Origin: Mangrovicoccus sp.
GTDB lineage: Bacteria > Pseudomonadota > Alphaproteobacteria > Rhodobacterales > Rhodobacteraceae
Direction of reading: 5' to 3'
Assembly: GCA_049603835.1 (NCBI GenBank)
Contig: JBMYSZ010000015.1
Span: forward strand, 19,576-83,575
DNA length: 64,000 nt
In this document: positions 26,111 to 36,387 of the stretch, piece after piece
How the letters are laid out: every line of letters begins with the position of its first letter
Position numbering within the stretch: the first letter of the stretch is position 1
The notes under the pieces: model-generated
What the model was told of the DNA's origin: nothing
Databases searched by the model: none
The model's input: only the letters and a program-made list of their open reading frames with translations
Position numbers and translations under genes: made by a program

Positions 26111-27480
26111 TCAGGCCATTTGCGCCATGGATTGTGGGGCCGGGGCGCGCCGCCGCTCTGGCATGCGCCGTCTCTGCCGGGGCCGCGCTGTCCCCGCCGG
26201 GCTTGACCCGGCGGCTCTTTGCCCAGGGGTTTCGCTATAGCCTTCCGACAGGATCTGGGCAAAGACCCAATTCATTAGCGCCATGCCAGAAGCCGAAGCC
26301 AACACCAAAGGCAGGCCGCCAATATAATAGCTCAGCCCCGAAAGCAGCGTGCCAATCAAACGCCCCGCCGCATTGGACATATAGTAAAAGCCTACATCCA
26401 TGGCGGCGCGATCATCCTTGGTAAAGGCGAGGATGAGATAGGAATGCACCGAGGAATTCACCGCAAAGATCGCCCCAAAGATCAGCAGCCCCACCACCAG
26501 CACCGCAGTGAGCCAGCCCACCGGCCCGCCAGCGAGTAGCGCGGCAATGGTCAGCGCCACTGGCACAGTTACCAAAATCCCTGCCCAGCGGCGTGCCAAT
26601 TGGACAACGTCCTTTAGCTCTTTATCCTTAGCTTTCAGGAATTTCGGCGCATAGGCCTGCACCGCCCCATAGCCCACCAGCCATAGTGCCATAAAGGCGC
26701 CGATCATGAAAAAGGCCATGCGCATTCCTGGCACGGTGCCATCGCTTAGCACCTGATAGAAATAGGCGGGGATCCCGACCACAAACCAGGCATCGCGCGC
26801 GCCAAAGAGGAAAACTCGGGCGGCGGAGAGAATATTGATATTGCGATCCTTGGAAAAGACCTCTTGGAATTTCGCCGATTTTCGCCCAGTGGGCAGACCG
26901 CGCGGCATAAAGCTAAAGACCAGGCTCAACACCACGGCGAGGGCCACGGCCATGGAAAGCGTCGCCCCGGTAAAACCCAAAAGCGCCAGCAGAGCAGCGC
27001 CAAGCAAAAAGCCCAGCCCCTTCACCGCATTCTTTGAGCCGGTCAGCGCGGCGACCCATTTGAACAGCGCGCCTTTCTCTTCCTTTGGTGCCAGCAATTT
27101 CACCGCGCTTTTAGAGCTCATCTTGGTGAGGTCTTTCGCAACCCCGGCGCAGCCCTGCACCACCATCACAAAAGCGACGGAGGCCCAAAGCGCCCAAGCC
27201 GGGTTGAGCTGGGCCAGGGCAAGCAGAGCGCCGATTTGCAGCACAAGCCCCGCATAAAGCGTGACCGTCAGGCCAAACCGCGCGGCGAGCCATCCCGCGG
27301 TCAGATTGGTCACCATGCCCATGAATTCATAGAGTAAGAACATGAAAGCCAGCTGCACCGGGCTGAAGCCCAAAGTCTCAAAATGTAGCAGCACCAGCAT
27401 GCGCAAAGCGCCATCGGTGAGCATAAAAGCCCAATAGGCCGCCGTCACGGCAATATAAGCGGCAACAGGATTATGGTCGC
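26111..27480 (-). CDS. MFS transporter (true start uncertain)
   Basis: The C-terminal ~430 aa of the 657-aa ORF (from ...NPVAAYIAVTAAYWAFMLTDGALRMLVLLHF) form a 12-TM MFS-like core. The Ser/Arg/Pro-rich N-terminal extension is unlikely to be translated; the real start is probably a GTG or TTG near 27,400-27,500. Confidence 0.5.
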
Positions 27481-28209
27481 CGCGTCCATGCAGACGATCT
27501 TTCAGCGATGATTTTTGCGGCTGCGTGCTGGTCGCGCCTTCGCCCTTATTCGATAGGAAAGACAGCTTATCCGCGAAGGGGTTGGCCGGGCCGAAGCCGA
27601 ATTTTGCGGCGCTAGAAAGAGCGGCAAGGCCGAGACATAGCCCAATAAAGGCCAGGCCTGCTTGCTGCACCGAGGTGGAAAAAATGGCGACGGTTGAGAT
27701 GCCAAAAGCCACAACCGTCGTCCAAAGCGCGGAGCTTGTCCAAAAGCTGCTGCTTGTCTTTGCTTCGGCTCCCGCATCAGGCTTTGGCGTCCAGACTAGG
27801 GGAGGGAAGGCATAGCTCCGGCCATTCTTTGTCGCGTCCAGGCTACGCCAGCTGGGGCGCAATTTCGTGCGCGGCTTGGGGCGATCGACCGAGATTGTCC
27901 GCCCTTTGAGCTCGTGCAGCGACACAGAGGACTGACGCGAAGCTGTCGATGCGGCGGGCCTTGTCTGGGTAGGTTCGGGCACCTGCTTGCGATAGCGCTT
28001 TGGCGGGACACGGCGAGACATTTTTGAGGCGGCGCGAGATGCAGACATAGGGGAACTTCGAAAATCGTGATCAATTCGCCCCAATTTAGCCCGATAACTT
28101 TCGAAATGACTACTATTATATCCCGAATATTTTGCAGATCTTGGCAGATTGCGGCGGGAATGTTACCTAGCGCCAATGCGAATGCGGAGCTTTGAGGTAG
28201 CAAGCGGTA

Positions 28210-29529
28210 GTGTCTTCAGCGTCTTCAGTGGCTGCGGTTTGGCCAGCGAAAGAAATTTGGCTTTTGGCCCTGCGCGGCGGCGCTTCGGTGCTCAATGGCA
28301 TTTTGGCGGCCCTCGCTTTGCGGGCCTTCCCCGATCTTGATGCTATCGCCCGGCTTTCGCCTATTTTTATTCTTTTTGTAGCCATCGCACTGCTCACCGA
28401 TAGCAATCTGCGAGAGATGCTGCATGGGCATGTGGTGCTGGATTGGGTTAATCGCCGCTATGACGCTCTCCGGGCGGAAATTTCCCAGGCGCCCAAAGGG
28501 ATTGCCGCGCTTCGGGCGGTCAATTCTGGGGATCCCGTGGCGCTGACGGGCCATGTGGCGCTGGCGCTCAATAGTGTCTTTGCGATTTTAGCAGTGCTGG
28601 CGGGGCTCGCGATTTTATCGCGGGCGGCCTTTATTTTGCATCTGCTGGCCGTGGCGGTGATTGCGGCGATTTTATTTGTGGCATGGCTGGAAAAGGGCTT
28701 TGCCGCGCGGCTATCGGCTTGGCCGCATCTGCTGCCGAGCTTGGCTCTGGTCACGACGATCTTGCAGGTTTTCTTGCTGCCCGCGCTTTTGCCTGGCACC
28801 TCGACCGAGATTTTGGCCGGTTGTGCGATCCTTTCCCTGGCCATGGCTTTGCCGATCACGCGGATTGCCGATTTGCCCGAAAGCTTTGCGCTTCTGCGCG
28901 ATTTGCACCAACTGCCCCAGGGGGGGGACGATACGGAAACTCAGCCACCGCCACCGCCGCTTGGTTTTTCGGTCGATGGGCAAAGCTTTGGCGCGGGGGA
29001 TTGCCTGGTGATCCATTGCCGAACTGCGGTGCAGCAGCGTCAGATTATGCGTGGTTTTTCCGGGTCAGAGCCTTTGCCCAGCCATGTCGCCCAAGATCTT
29101 GGAGCCCAGGATAGCGCCATGGACGTGGCGCGGATTGCCCAGCAAACAGCCCCGGTTTTCGCCGATCCTATGCCATTCGTGCCGCCCATCACCGCAAGCG
29201 CTGCGCCGATTGCCTTGGGTCCGCTTGCCCATGCTTTGGAGTTGCCCGAAGATATCCTGACTTGGCCCGGCGGCTTTTTGCATCTGGAGGATGCTGTGCC
29301 AGGACCGGGGCTATTGGGCGCTATTTGCGATCCGCGTCCAGTGATCTTAGCGGAAATGCCAAAACGCTTTTTCGGGCCCACAGAGGCGGTGAAACGTCGG
29401 GCTTTGCTGGCAGCGGCGGCGAAATCCGGCAAGGTGCTGATCTGTGTCACCCATGGCGCCGCGCCGCCCGAGCCTAAGGGGGCGAAATTTTTGCTCATCG
29501 ATCTCACCCAAAAGGCCGCCCAGCCATGA
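28210..29529 (+). CDS. Hypothetical protein: N-terminal multi-TM domain plus a C-terminal soluble domain with degenerate ABC-NBD-like remnants
   Basis: 439 aa with a hydrophobic N-terminal half. The C-terminal half shows faint ABC-ATPase-like strings (GDCLVIHCRT..., KRRALLAAAAKSGKVLICVTH) but no Walker A motif. Its stop overlaps the next start (ATGA). Confidence 0.4.
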   Translation: MSSASSVAAVWPAKEIWLLALRGGASVLNGILAALALRAFPDLDAIARLSPIFILFVAIALLTDSNLREMLHGHVVLDWVNRRYDALRAEISQAPKGIAALRAVNSGDPVALTGHVALALNSVFAILAVLAGLAILSRAAFILHLLAVAVIAAILFVAWLEKGFAARLSAWPHLLPSLALVTTILQVFLLPALLPGTSTEILAGCAILSLAMALPITRIADLPESFALLRDLHQLPQGGDDTETQPPPPPLGFSVDGQSFGAGDCLVIHCRTAVQQRQIMRGFSGSEPLPSHVAQDLGAQDSAMDVARIAQQTAPVFADPMPFVPPITASAAPIALGPLAHALELPEDILTWPGGFLHLEDAVPGPGLLGAICDPRPVILAEMPKRFFGPTEAVKRRALLAAAAKSGKVLICVTHGAAPPEPKGAKFLLIDLTQKAAQP

Positions 29530-30374
29530 GCCCGCTTTTCCTGCTTTGGCGCATGATCACCGCCCAGCCGCGTATCGGGATCGTTTTGATCTTTCTGTCC
29601 ATCGCGGCGGCTCAGGTGCATGCCACGCTGCTTTTGCTGATCGTGACGAAAATCGCTGGGCTGCTCGACTTGGCTGACCGCTCTGTCACGCTTTGGATGC
29701 CGCTGCTCACGGGGCTCGCCAGCGTCGCGCTAGAAATCTTTGCGGGCTATTTCTCGCGGGTGTTTGCGACGGATCTGGAAGAAAAGCTCGACTTGCCCAA
29801 ACCGATCCTAGAAGAGCATTGCCGCTTGTTGCGCATCGCCTGCGCTTTGGCCTCGATCCTAGTGATGCTGTTTGTGTTCAATTGGGGACTGTTTTTGGCG
29901 GGAACTGTTTTACTGGCCTCGCTTTTGCGGGCGCTTTGGCGCGCAACGAATGAAAGCAAACCTGCCATGGAAGAGCAAAGGCGCGCGCAAGCGGTGATCG
30001 ATGAGAGCCTAGCGCAAATCGCCCAAAGCCCCGATACGGTGCGGGCCTATCCCGAAGCTGTGCGCGACATGCTGGGGCAAAGCATACGGGCCGATTTCAT
30101 CGCCGAGGGCCAGCGCGTACATGCGGCCAGCAAAGCCGGGGGGCGGCTGGGCTTCTGGTCGTTATTTCGCTGGTATATCGTGGTCTTTGCGGCGCTTTTC
30201 CTGTTGCCGCAATATGGGCTGAGCCCTCCAACTGTGCTGATCCTTTTGGCCTATCAATTGGTGTTGCTGGATCAATTCTCTAGCCTTTATCTCGCCCAAG
30301 CGCGGCGGATTGAGGCAGGGTCGCCAATGGAGCAAGAGATTTGGCAAGAAGTTGAGACATTCTTTGTTCGCTGA
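29526..30374 (+). CDS. ABC exporter transmembrane-domain-like protein (MsbA-like N-terminal TMD, no ATPase domain)
   Basis: 282 aa. DRSVTLWMPLLTGLASVALEIFAGYFSRVF closely resembles the MsbA TMD segment DRSVLVWMPLVVIGLMILRGITSYVSSY. Translationally coupled to the upstream ORF. Confidence 0.5.
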   Translation: MSPLFLLWRMITAQPRIGIVLIFLSIAAAQVHATLLLLIVTKIAGLLDLADRSVTLWMPLLTGLASVALEIFAGYFSRVFATDLEEKLDLPKPILEEHCRLLRIACALASILVMLFVFNWGLFLAGTVLLASLLRALWRATNESKPAMEEQRRAQAVIDESLAQIAQSPDTVRAYPEAVRDMLGQSIRADFIAEGQRVHAASKAGGRLGFWSLFRWYIVVFAALFLLPQYGLSPPTVLILLAYQLVLLDQFSSLYLAQARRIEAGSPMEQEIWQEVETFFVR

Positions 30375-30490
30375 TTGATTTTTAGCTAGCCTTAGGTCAA
30401 TGATTTGTTGAAAAGCGCTTTGTTGATCCTCTGGCATCATACAAAGTGCAGGGGCCATGAGGGCCCGATCTGATTTGGGCCAGACTTAAG

Positions 30491-31204
30491 GTGATTTCTA
30501 TGGCACGAACCACAAAGACGACCGGCACAAATGCTGACGAGACCGCAACCGACAAGGTTGAAGCGGTAAGCTCCGAAACCGAGGCCGAAGCTACAACCAG
30601 CGACGCGGCAAGCGCGGATGACAGCAAGGATGTTGTGGCTATGGACACCGCCGAGAGCGCGGAAGAGGCCAGCAGCGACGACATGGTTGAGCTGCCCTCG
30701 CAGGTTGAGATCGATAATCTGATCAAAGGCTATGTCATTGCCTCTATGGCCTCTGCGGCGATTCCGGTTCCGCCTGCCGATACGGCGGCGATCATCGCGA
30801 CCCAGGTGAAAATGATCCATGGCCTGGCCAAGCTTTATGATGTGCCATTCACCCGTGGCATCGCGCAAAATCTGGTTGTTTCGCTGATCGGCGGTGTTGC
30901 GCCTTTGGCGGTGACTATGGGCGTTGCGAGCCTGGCGAAAACCGTACCGGTGATCGGCACTTTTGGTGGCATGTCGGGCATGGTGATTTTGGCGGGCGCC
31001 TCTACTTATGCAACCGGCCAAGTTCTGGTGCATCACTTTGAGAATGGCGGCACTTTGGTGAATCTGGACACGGCGAAAATCCGCGAGGAATATCGCAATC
31101 AGCTGCGCAAAGGCAAAGAGCTGACCCGCCGTCTACGCGGCAAATCTGCCGAAGCGACCGCAGCAGAGAGCGTTAGTGCTGAGGGCGAGGCCCAGCCCGC
31201 CTAA
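30491..31204 (+). CDS. DUF697-like membrane-associated protein with an acidic low-complexity N-terminus
   Basis: 237 aa. The central region (KGYVIASMASAAIPVPPADTAAIIATQVKMIHGLAKLYDVPF...LIGGVAPLA) resembles the DUF697/YcjF C-terminal domain. Confidence 0.4.
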   Translation: MISMARTTKTTGTNADETATDKVEAVSSETEAEATTSDAASADDSKDVVAMDTAESAEEASSDDMVELPSQVEIDNLIKGYVIASMASAAIPVPPADTAAIIATQVKMIHGLAKLYDVPFTRGIAQNLVVSLIGGVAPLAVTMGVASLAKTVPVIGTFGGMSGMVILAGASTYATGQVLVHHFENGGTLVNLDTAKIREEYRNQLRKGKELTRRLRGKSAEATAAESVSAEGEAQPA

Positions 31205-31231
31205 TCCCGCCCTTTTGCGGAAGTTATCGTT

Positions 31232-32770
31232 TTGCGTGTGACCAAAGAAGATGTGAGCCCTCGGCGGAAGAAACCTGCTCCGCCGAGCTCTTGGCGCGAG
31301 CGACTGCATCGGATAGGGCGCGCCTTTAGCCGGATCTCTTTGGCGGTGGTGGTTCTCTTTTTGCTGCTGCTGGCTGCGATTTATCCGGCGGTGGTGCGGG
31401 TCGTCCCTGCCGGTGCGGCGGGGGTGATTTATAAGCCCCTGCGCGGCGGGACAGTGACAGACCGGATCTTTGGTGAAGGGGTCCATGTCAAATATCCTTG
31501 GGATACGCTTTACGTCTATAATACCCGGATCCAAACGATCCTGCATGATTTCACGGTTCTGACCAATAAGGGCCTGCCGGTCACGCTGCGCCTGGCGATC
31601 CGGTTTCATCCCGAGCGCGAGATGATCGGGCGGCTGCATAAGCAGGTTGGTCCGAATTACGCCGAGACGATTATTGTCTATCAGATCGAGTCTGTGCTCA
31701 GGAAACGTCTGGGCAAGGAAGACCCCGAAGACATTTACACCAATCGCTCGGGCACGCTGACGGATGTCTTCGAAAATGCGATTGAGGAAGTGGGCCAGCG
31801 CTATGTGCGCATCACTGATGTGATCATCCGCGAAATCGTGTTGCCAAGCCAGGTTGTGGCAGCAATCGAGGAAAAGCTGGTGCATCAGCAAAAGCTTGAA
31901 GCCTATGAGTTCCGCTTAGAAACCCAAGCCCGCGAGGCAGAGCGGATGCGGATCGAAGCGGCGGGGATCCGCGATTATCAAGCAACCATCAATGAAACCC
32001 TGAGCAAAGATCTGATCGTTTGGCAGGGGGTGAATGCAACGGTTGAGTTGGCGCAATCGGATAATGCCAAAATCGTGGTGGTCGGCTCGGGCGATAAGGG
32101 GCTGCCGGTGATTTTGGGCGCGGATAGTTTTGCCACTGGCCCAGAGGGGACGGGTGGCGGAGCGGGCTTGGCTGGCCCCGGCGCGGCGGTGGCCGCAAAT
32201 GCGGCGTCTGCGCCTGCGCCTGCGCCTGCGGAGCCCGGCGGAGCTGGGGCTATGGTGATGTCTCCCGATTTGCGTCTCTCCAGCGCCGCGCTTCCCCCGA
32301 TGCAAGAGCAAGTCCAAAGTCCGGTATCAGAGCCGGTGCCGCAGCAATCGCCCCGCCCTGGTCTAGAGCCGCTGCCGCAGCTTTGGGCCTTTTTGCCGCC
32401 CTTCCTGCAACCCAAAGAGGGGCCCGTGCCAAGCCAAGATCCAGCCGCGCCGCGCGCTGCACATGAGGCGGTGCCCTATGTCAGCGCGGCCGAGCAAACC
32501 GGCGCGACAGCTGCGGCGGGCGTCAACTCATACGGGCCGATGCGCCGCTATTCGCCTCTTGCGGGTGAAGCCATGCCGCCCTTTGTGTCGATCTTCCAGC
32601 GCCGCTATTCCCTGCCGCTCGATCCGGTCTTTGATCCGCATGCGCAAAATGGCAGCCCCGTCGCCGGGCGTTTGGGGCCAACCAGTCAGCACACAGCGCG
32701 GGCGCAGATTGGCAAACGCGGCTTGATTGCGGCGGAATTCCTGCAAAATCCATCTGATATTCTGCCATGA
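31232..32770 (+). CDS. SPFH/band-7 (prohibitin/HflC-like) domain protein with a long Pro/Ala-rich C-terminal tail
   Basis: An N-terminal TM helix followed by an SPFH core (VVRVVPAGAAGVIYKPLRGGTVTDRIFGEGVHVKYPWDTLYVYNTRIQT...). The C-terminal ~200 aa are low complexity. Confidence 0.6.
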   Translation: MRVTKEDVSPRRKKPAPPSSWRERLHRIGRAFSRISLAVVVLFLLLLAAIYPAVVRVVPAGAAGVIYKPLRGGTVTDRIFGEGVHVKYPWDTLYVYNTRIQTILHDFTVLTNKGLPVTLRLAIRFHPEREMIGRLHKQVGPNYAETIIVYQIESVLRKRLGKEDPEDIYTNRSGTLTDVFENAIEEVGQRYVRITDVIIREIVLPSQVVAAIEEKLVHQQKLEAYEFRLETQAREAERMRIEAAGIRDYQATINETLSKDLIVWQGVNATVELAQSDNAKIVVVGSGDKGLPVILGADSFATGPEGTGGGAGLAGPGAAVAANAASAPAPAPAEPGGAGAMVMSPDLRLSSAALPPMQEQVQSPVSEPVPQQSPRPGLEPLPQLWAFLPPFLQPKEGPVPSQDPAAPRAAHEAVPYVSAAEQTGATAAAGVNSYGPMRRYSPLAGEAMPPFVSIFQRRYSLPLDPVFDPHAQNGSPVAGRLGPTSQHTARAQIGKRGLIAAEFLQNPSDILP

Positions 32771-33978
32771 GACGGCTGCGCTATATTGCATCCGTGCTGG
32801 TGATCGCGGTGATGGTGCAAATTTCGGGGCTCGTGGATCTGGGCCTGCGTCTTGGCTCGCAAAGCCTGACCCTGCCGCGGCTGCCCGAGCCGGATTTCCC
32901 TGAGCCCGGCGAGAGCTGGATGATTGGCGTCTATTATTACGAGGCTCTGCATCCCGGATTTCTTGCGGGCGCAGAGCTGGCCGAGGCGGAGATCAATGCC
33001 AAGGGCGGCATTTTGGGACGCCCCATCAAGATCAAGGCGGTGGATGAAGCTGGGTTTTCGGAACGTGCCGAAGAGCGCAATCTAGCCGCCCGGCGCCATT
33101 TCGATCATGATCGAGTTTTGGCGGTGATGGGCGGGTCGTCAGATCTGATTATTCGTAATGCCTCGGATTGGTTTGACGATCTTGGGATCCTCTATTTCAA
33201 TCCGCTCTTTCCGCTGTCCAATGTGGGCAATCCAGGCAAGCCCTATGTCTTTGCCACGATCCCCGATCGCGAGCGGATCGGCGATAACCTGGCCCAAGCC
33301 ATGAGCGAAATGGGGGCAACGCGCATCGCGATTGTGGCAAGTCGGGAGCGGGCCGCGCAAGAGATCCGGCATTCGATCCAAGATATTGCCCCGAGCCTGG
33401 CTTTAGACGTGGTGGCGGATCTGGGTATGGCAGGGGCGGATGCCAGTTATATCGACGAGCTGGTTCGCCTCAGCTCGGCCCAGCCCGAGGCGATTGCGCT
33501 TTTGCTGCCCAAAGCCGAACGCGAGGTGTTTTTGCGCCAAGCCGCTCGGATGAAGCTGAATGCGCCGATTTTCTTAGGCCATCCGGAGGGGATCGTGCCA
33601 TGGGCCGAGGATTTCGCGGGGCTCACCGCAACGGAATGGCCAGAACTGGAACTGTGGCAGGCGGAACCGCTGGAAAATCCACGCGCCGATAGGGCCGGGC
33701 TGTCACGCTTTCAAACCAGCTATCAGAGCCGCTTTGATCAAGCTCCGAGCTATTGGGCCGCCCAAGGATATGATACTTTGCGGATGATCGCGCAGGTGGC
33801 GGAAGAGATTGGGTCGGATCACCCGCTCCAGATTGCCACGGCGCTGAATACGCAAACCGCCTGGACAGGCATTACCGGCCCGCATTCTTTCACCAATTCG
33901 GGTCGGATCTATACGAAGGACTGGCCTTATGGGCCGCTGCGCCTCACAGATTTGGCGCGTAACACTCTAAGCCATTGA
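32767..33978 (+). CDS. Periplasmic substrate-binding protein, LivK/branched-chain amino acid-binding (type 1 PBP) family
   Basis: 403 aa with an N-terminal signal anchor. WMIGVYYYEALHPGFLAGAELAEAEINAKGGILGRPIKIKAVDEAG is typical of Leu/Ile/Val-binding proteins. Its start overlaps the SPFH stop (ATGA). Confidence 0.55.
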   Translation: MRRLRYIASVLVIAVMVQISGLVDLGLRLGSQSLTLPRLPEPDFPEPGESWMIGVYYYEALHPGFLAGAELAEAEINAKGGILGRPIKIKAVDEAGFSERAEERNLAARRHFDHDRVLAVMGGSSDLIIRNASDWFDDLGILYFNPLFPLSNVGNPGKPYVFATIPDRERIGDNLAQAMSEMGATRIAIVASRERAAQEIRHSIQDIAPSLALDVVADLGMAGADASYIDELVRLSSAQPEAIALLLPKAEREVFLRQAARMKLNAPIFLGHPEGIVPWAEDFAGLTATEWPELELWQAEPLENPRADRAGLSRFQTSYQSRFDQAPSYWAAQGYDTLRMIAQVAEEIGSDHPLQIATALNTQTAWTGITGPHSFTNSGRIYTKDWPYGPLRLTDLARNTLSH

Positions 33979-33987
33979 GAGGCAGCT

Positions 33988-34173
33988 ATGATCATCGTCA
34001 AAGCGCATATGATGCCAGCAATTTTGATCTATCTTAGCATTTGCGGGGTGATCGGGCTGATGGGGCGGCGCAGAAAGCTGGGGGGCTGGGCGTATTTCTT
34101 TGCCTCGATCTGCCTGACGCCGTTGATTGGCTTTCTGCTCATCTCCGCATCGGATCCGCGTCCGCGATGGTGA
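33988..34173 (+). CDS. Small two-TM membrane protein (PLDc_N-like)
   Basis: 61 aa with AGAGG 7 nt upstream. GWAYFFASICLTPLIGFLLISAS resembles the PLD-nuclease N-terminal small membrane domain. Its stop overlaps the next ATG (ATGGTGA). Confidence 0.35.
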   Translation: MIIVKAHMMPAILIYLSICGVIGLMGRRRKLGGWAYFFASICLTPLIGFLLISASDPRPRW

Positions 34174-34961
34174 GAGCCTGGGCTTTTGGCGCGGCGCTTT
34201 TGGCAAGCCTGCCAGGTGCGGCATTGACGGAGACCCGGCGCGATCATGTGAAGCTGGCAGTGCCTTTCGCGCTGTTGCCTTATGCCCAGGCCGAGGCGAG
34301 CGCCTTTGCGGCAGAGCATCCGTTTAAGTTTCCCGAACTGCTTTCAGCGCGGGATTCGGCTATGCCATGGCTTTTTTGCCGGGGCGGGGTTTCTGATAGC
34401 CCGGATATGGGCCTGGCTTTTGCGCCGCTAAGCGCAGAGATTTCGGAGCTTTGCGCGACTTTTGGCAAAACCGATCTGACCCAGATGGCGGGCGGGGGGA
34501 TGCAGCTTTCGGCTTTTGCTCTGACCTCGCGTGATTTGGCGGGGATCGATTTGGCTGAGCTTGATTTGGCAGAGCTGAGCGCGGGGGATCTGTCTTGGCA
34601 GGATCTGCGGAGCGATCTGCCCGATGCGCCTTTGCGCTTTTATTTGCCAGGGGATGCGGCGCGGCTGGCTTTTGCTCAGGCCTTAGCAGAGCAATGTTCG
34701 CAGGAGGAGGGCTGCGCCTTTGAGCAAAGCCTGGCCAGCTATGAAAGCTTGCGCCGCCCGGAGGATCTGGATCCGAATGGGATCTATTTTATACCCGGCT
34801 CGGGCGCGGTGCAGCTGATCGGCTGGAGCCAGCTAGAGATCCAGCCTCAGATCGAGTTGCCGCTATATCTTTGGCTCAGAACCGAGCGGATTGAGACAGT
34901 AATTGGGGCAAAGCCGGCTGTGAAAGCATTGGCCCTTTGCGGCGGTGACAGTGCCTGTTGA
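34167..34961 (+). CDS. Hypothetical secreted protein
   Basis: Signal peptide MVRAWAFGAALLASLPGAALT, translationally coupled to the upstream small ORF. No recognisable domain, and the sequence is Asp/Leu-repetitive. Confidence 0.3.
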   Translation: MVRAWAFGAALLASLPGAALTETRRDHVKLAVPFALLPYAQAEASAFAAEHPFKFPELLSARDSAMPWLFCRGGVSDSPDMGLAFAPLSAEISELCATFGKTDLTQMAGGGMQLSAFALTSRDLAGIDLAELDLAELSAGDLSWQDLRSDLPDAPLRFYLPGDAARLAFAQALAEQCSQEEGCAFEQSLASYESLRRPEDLDPNGIYFIPGSGAVQLIGWSQLEIQPQIELPLYLWLRTERIETVIGAKPAVKALALCGGDSAC

Positions 34962-34969
34962 GCCCGAGC

Positions 34970-34992
34970 GGTGGGCCAATTGCCCACCCTAC
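34970..34992. repeat. Single REP-like unit (GGTGGGCCAATTGCCCACCCTAC)
   Basis: Near-perfect copy of the consensus palindrome. Confidence 0.5.
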
Positions 34993-35058
34993 ATTGCCTT
35001 CGCCATTAGCTCTGCTTGCGGCAGGCCTTAAACTTTGGGATAGGGGCCTCGCCTGGTT

Positions 35059-35700
35059 TTGCCCATAGGAGGTCCATCAATGGCCGAGATTGAATCGCTT
35101 TTTGTCACCCGCCTTTACCGCGCAGCTTTAACGGAATTCGGCGATACAATCGATCCGCAAGAGCTAGAGGCGTCTTGCTTTTCTATCGCCGAGGATGATG
35201 AGGCGGGCCAAGACTGGTGCGAGGAGAATGGCTATCCCGGCTATACGTCTTATGCCTCGCTCACGGATTTGCCCTGGCGCTTTCCAATTTTCGCCGATGT
35301 GGTGGCGGCGCTTGATAAACATGTGGCCGAATTTGCCAAGGATCTGGAATTCAATCTTGATGGCCGCGACTTGAAGCTCGAAGATCTGTGGATCAATATT
35401 CTGCCCGAAGGCGGTATGCATAGCTCGCATCTGCACCCGCATTCGGTGATCTCTGGTACGACTTACGTGTCTATGCCGAAAGGCACCAGCGCGCTGAAAC
35501 TGGAAGATCCGCGCTCGGGCCGGATGATGGCCGCGCCGGCCCGGATCAAAGACGCCCGGCGGGAGCTGCGGACCTTTGTCTATGCAGAGCCAAAGGCTGG
35601 CGATGTGCTGCTTTGGGAAAGCTGGCTGCGCCATGAAGTGCCGATGAATATGGCGGAAGAAGAGCGGGTCAGCGTCAGTTTCAACTACGCTTGGGCTTAA
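35059..35700 (+). CDS. TIGR02466-family putative 2OG-Fe(II) oxygenase-like protein
   Basis: 213 aa. LFVTRLYRA... at the N-terminus, with HLHPHSVISGTTYVSMP...WLRHEV...VSFNYAW matching the conserved family architecture. Confidence 0.55.
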   Translation: MPIGGPSMAEIESLFVTRLYRAALTEFGDTIDPQELEASCFSIAEDDEAGQDWCEENGYPGYTSYASLTDLPWRFPIFADVVAALDKHVAEFAKDLEFNLDGRDLKLEDLWINILPEGGMHSSHLHPHSVISGTTYVSMPKGTSALKLEDPRSGRMMAAPARIKDARRELRTFVYAEPKAGDVLLWESWLRHEVPMNMAEEERVSVSFNYAWA

Positions 35701-36298
35701 CGGGCACCCGCTTTGCCACTTCGCTGACTGTGGAATGGGCCAGATCGCTGGCCATGACCACAAAGATCAGCAAGGTCGATCCGGCAAAGGCAACGGTCAG
35801 GTTCAGATTTGCGGTCAGGCTAAGCCAATCCGTGTCGACTTTTGGCGATACGCTTTGGAACAGGCAAGAAAAGGTCGCATAGCCTAGGATAAGGTGGCGT
35901 ATGGCCCAGGTTTGCTTGCTTCGGGGCAGAACCGAGCGGCACAGCATATATGCCAGCGCTAAGGCCGATTGCACACAGAAATACAGCACCGGATGTGCGC
36001 GGGGCGCGTCGTCAAAGGCAAAGAAATGCCAGGGAAAGGCAAGGGCGCATCCCAGCGGGAAGAAGAGCAATACGAGGGTGGTCAGTTGTTTGCGGGTGGC
36101 ACAGATCTGGGCCGAGCGGGCGACAGCGGCGATGCCATGGATCCAACCGCCGATCCCCACAAAGGCCATGGCGACCGCAAACAGGCCCGCACCTTTATAG
36201 ACCACCGCCATGCGCGAGGCGAGATTGAGAAAGCCCATGACCGAGAAGGTGGTCAGGACCCATTTCGTATCTGGGCGAGATATCAGCTGCTGCAACAT
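35681..36298 (-). CDS. Hypothetical polytopic membrane protein
   Basis: 205 aa, hydrophobic throughout. Convergent with the TIGR02466 gene. Confidence 0.35.
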   Translation of the reverse strand: MLQQLISRPDTKWVLTTFSVMGFLNLASRMAVVYKGAGLFAVAMAFVGIGGWIHGIAAVARSAQICATRKQLTTLVLLFFPLGCALAFPWHFFAFDDAPRAHPVLYFCVQSALALAYMLCRSVLPRSKQTWAIRHLILGYATFSCLFQSVSPKVDTDWLSLTANLNLTVAFAGSTLLIFVVMASDLAHSTVSEVAKRVPVKPKRS

Positions 36299-36387
36299 GG
36301 CCGCTCTGGTGCCTCAGTCGGGCGTCGGTTACAAGGCTACAGAGCGCGCAGAGCCGCTTGACTGAATGGGAAAAGCTAGTGCGGTGC

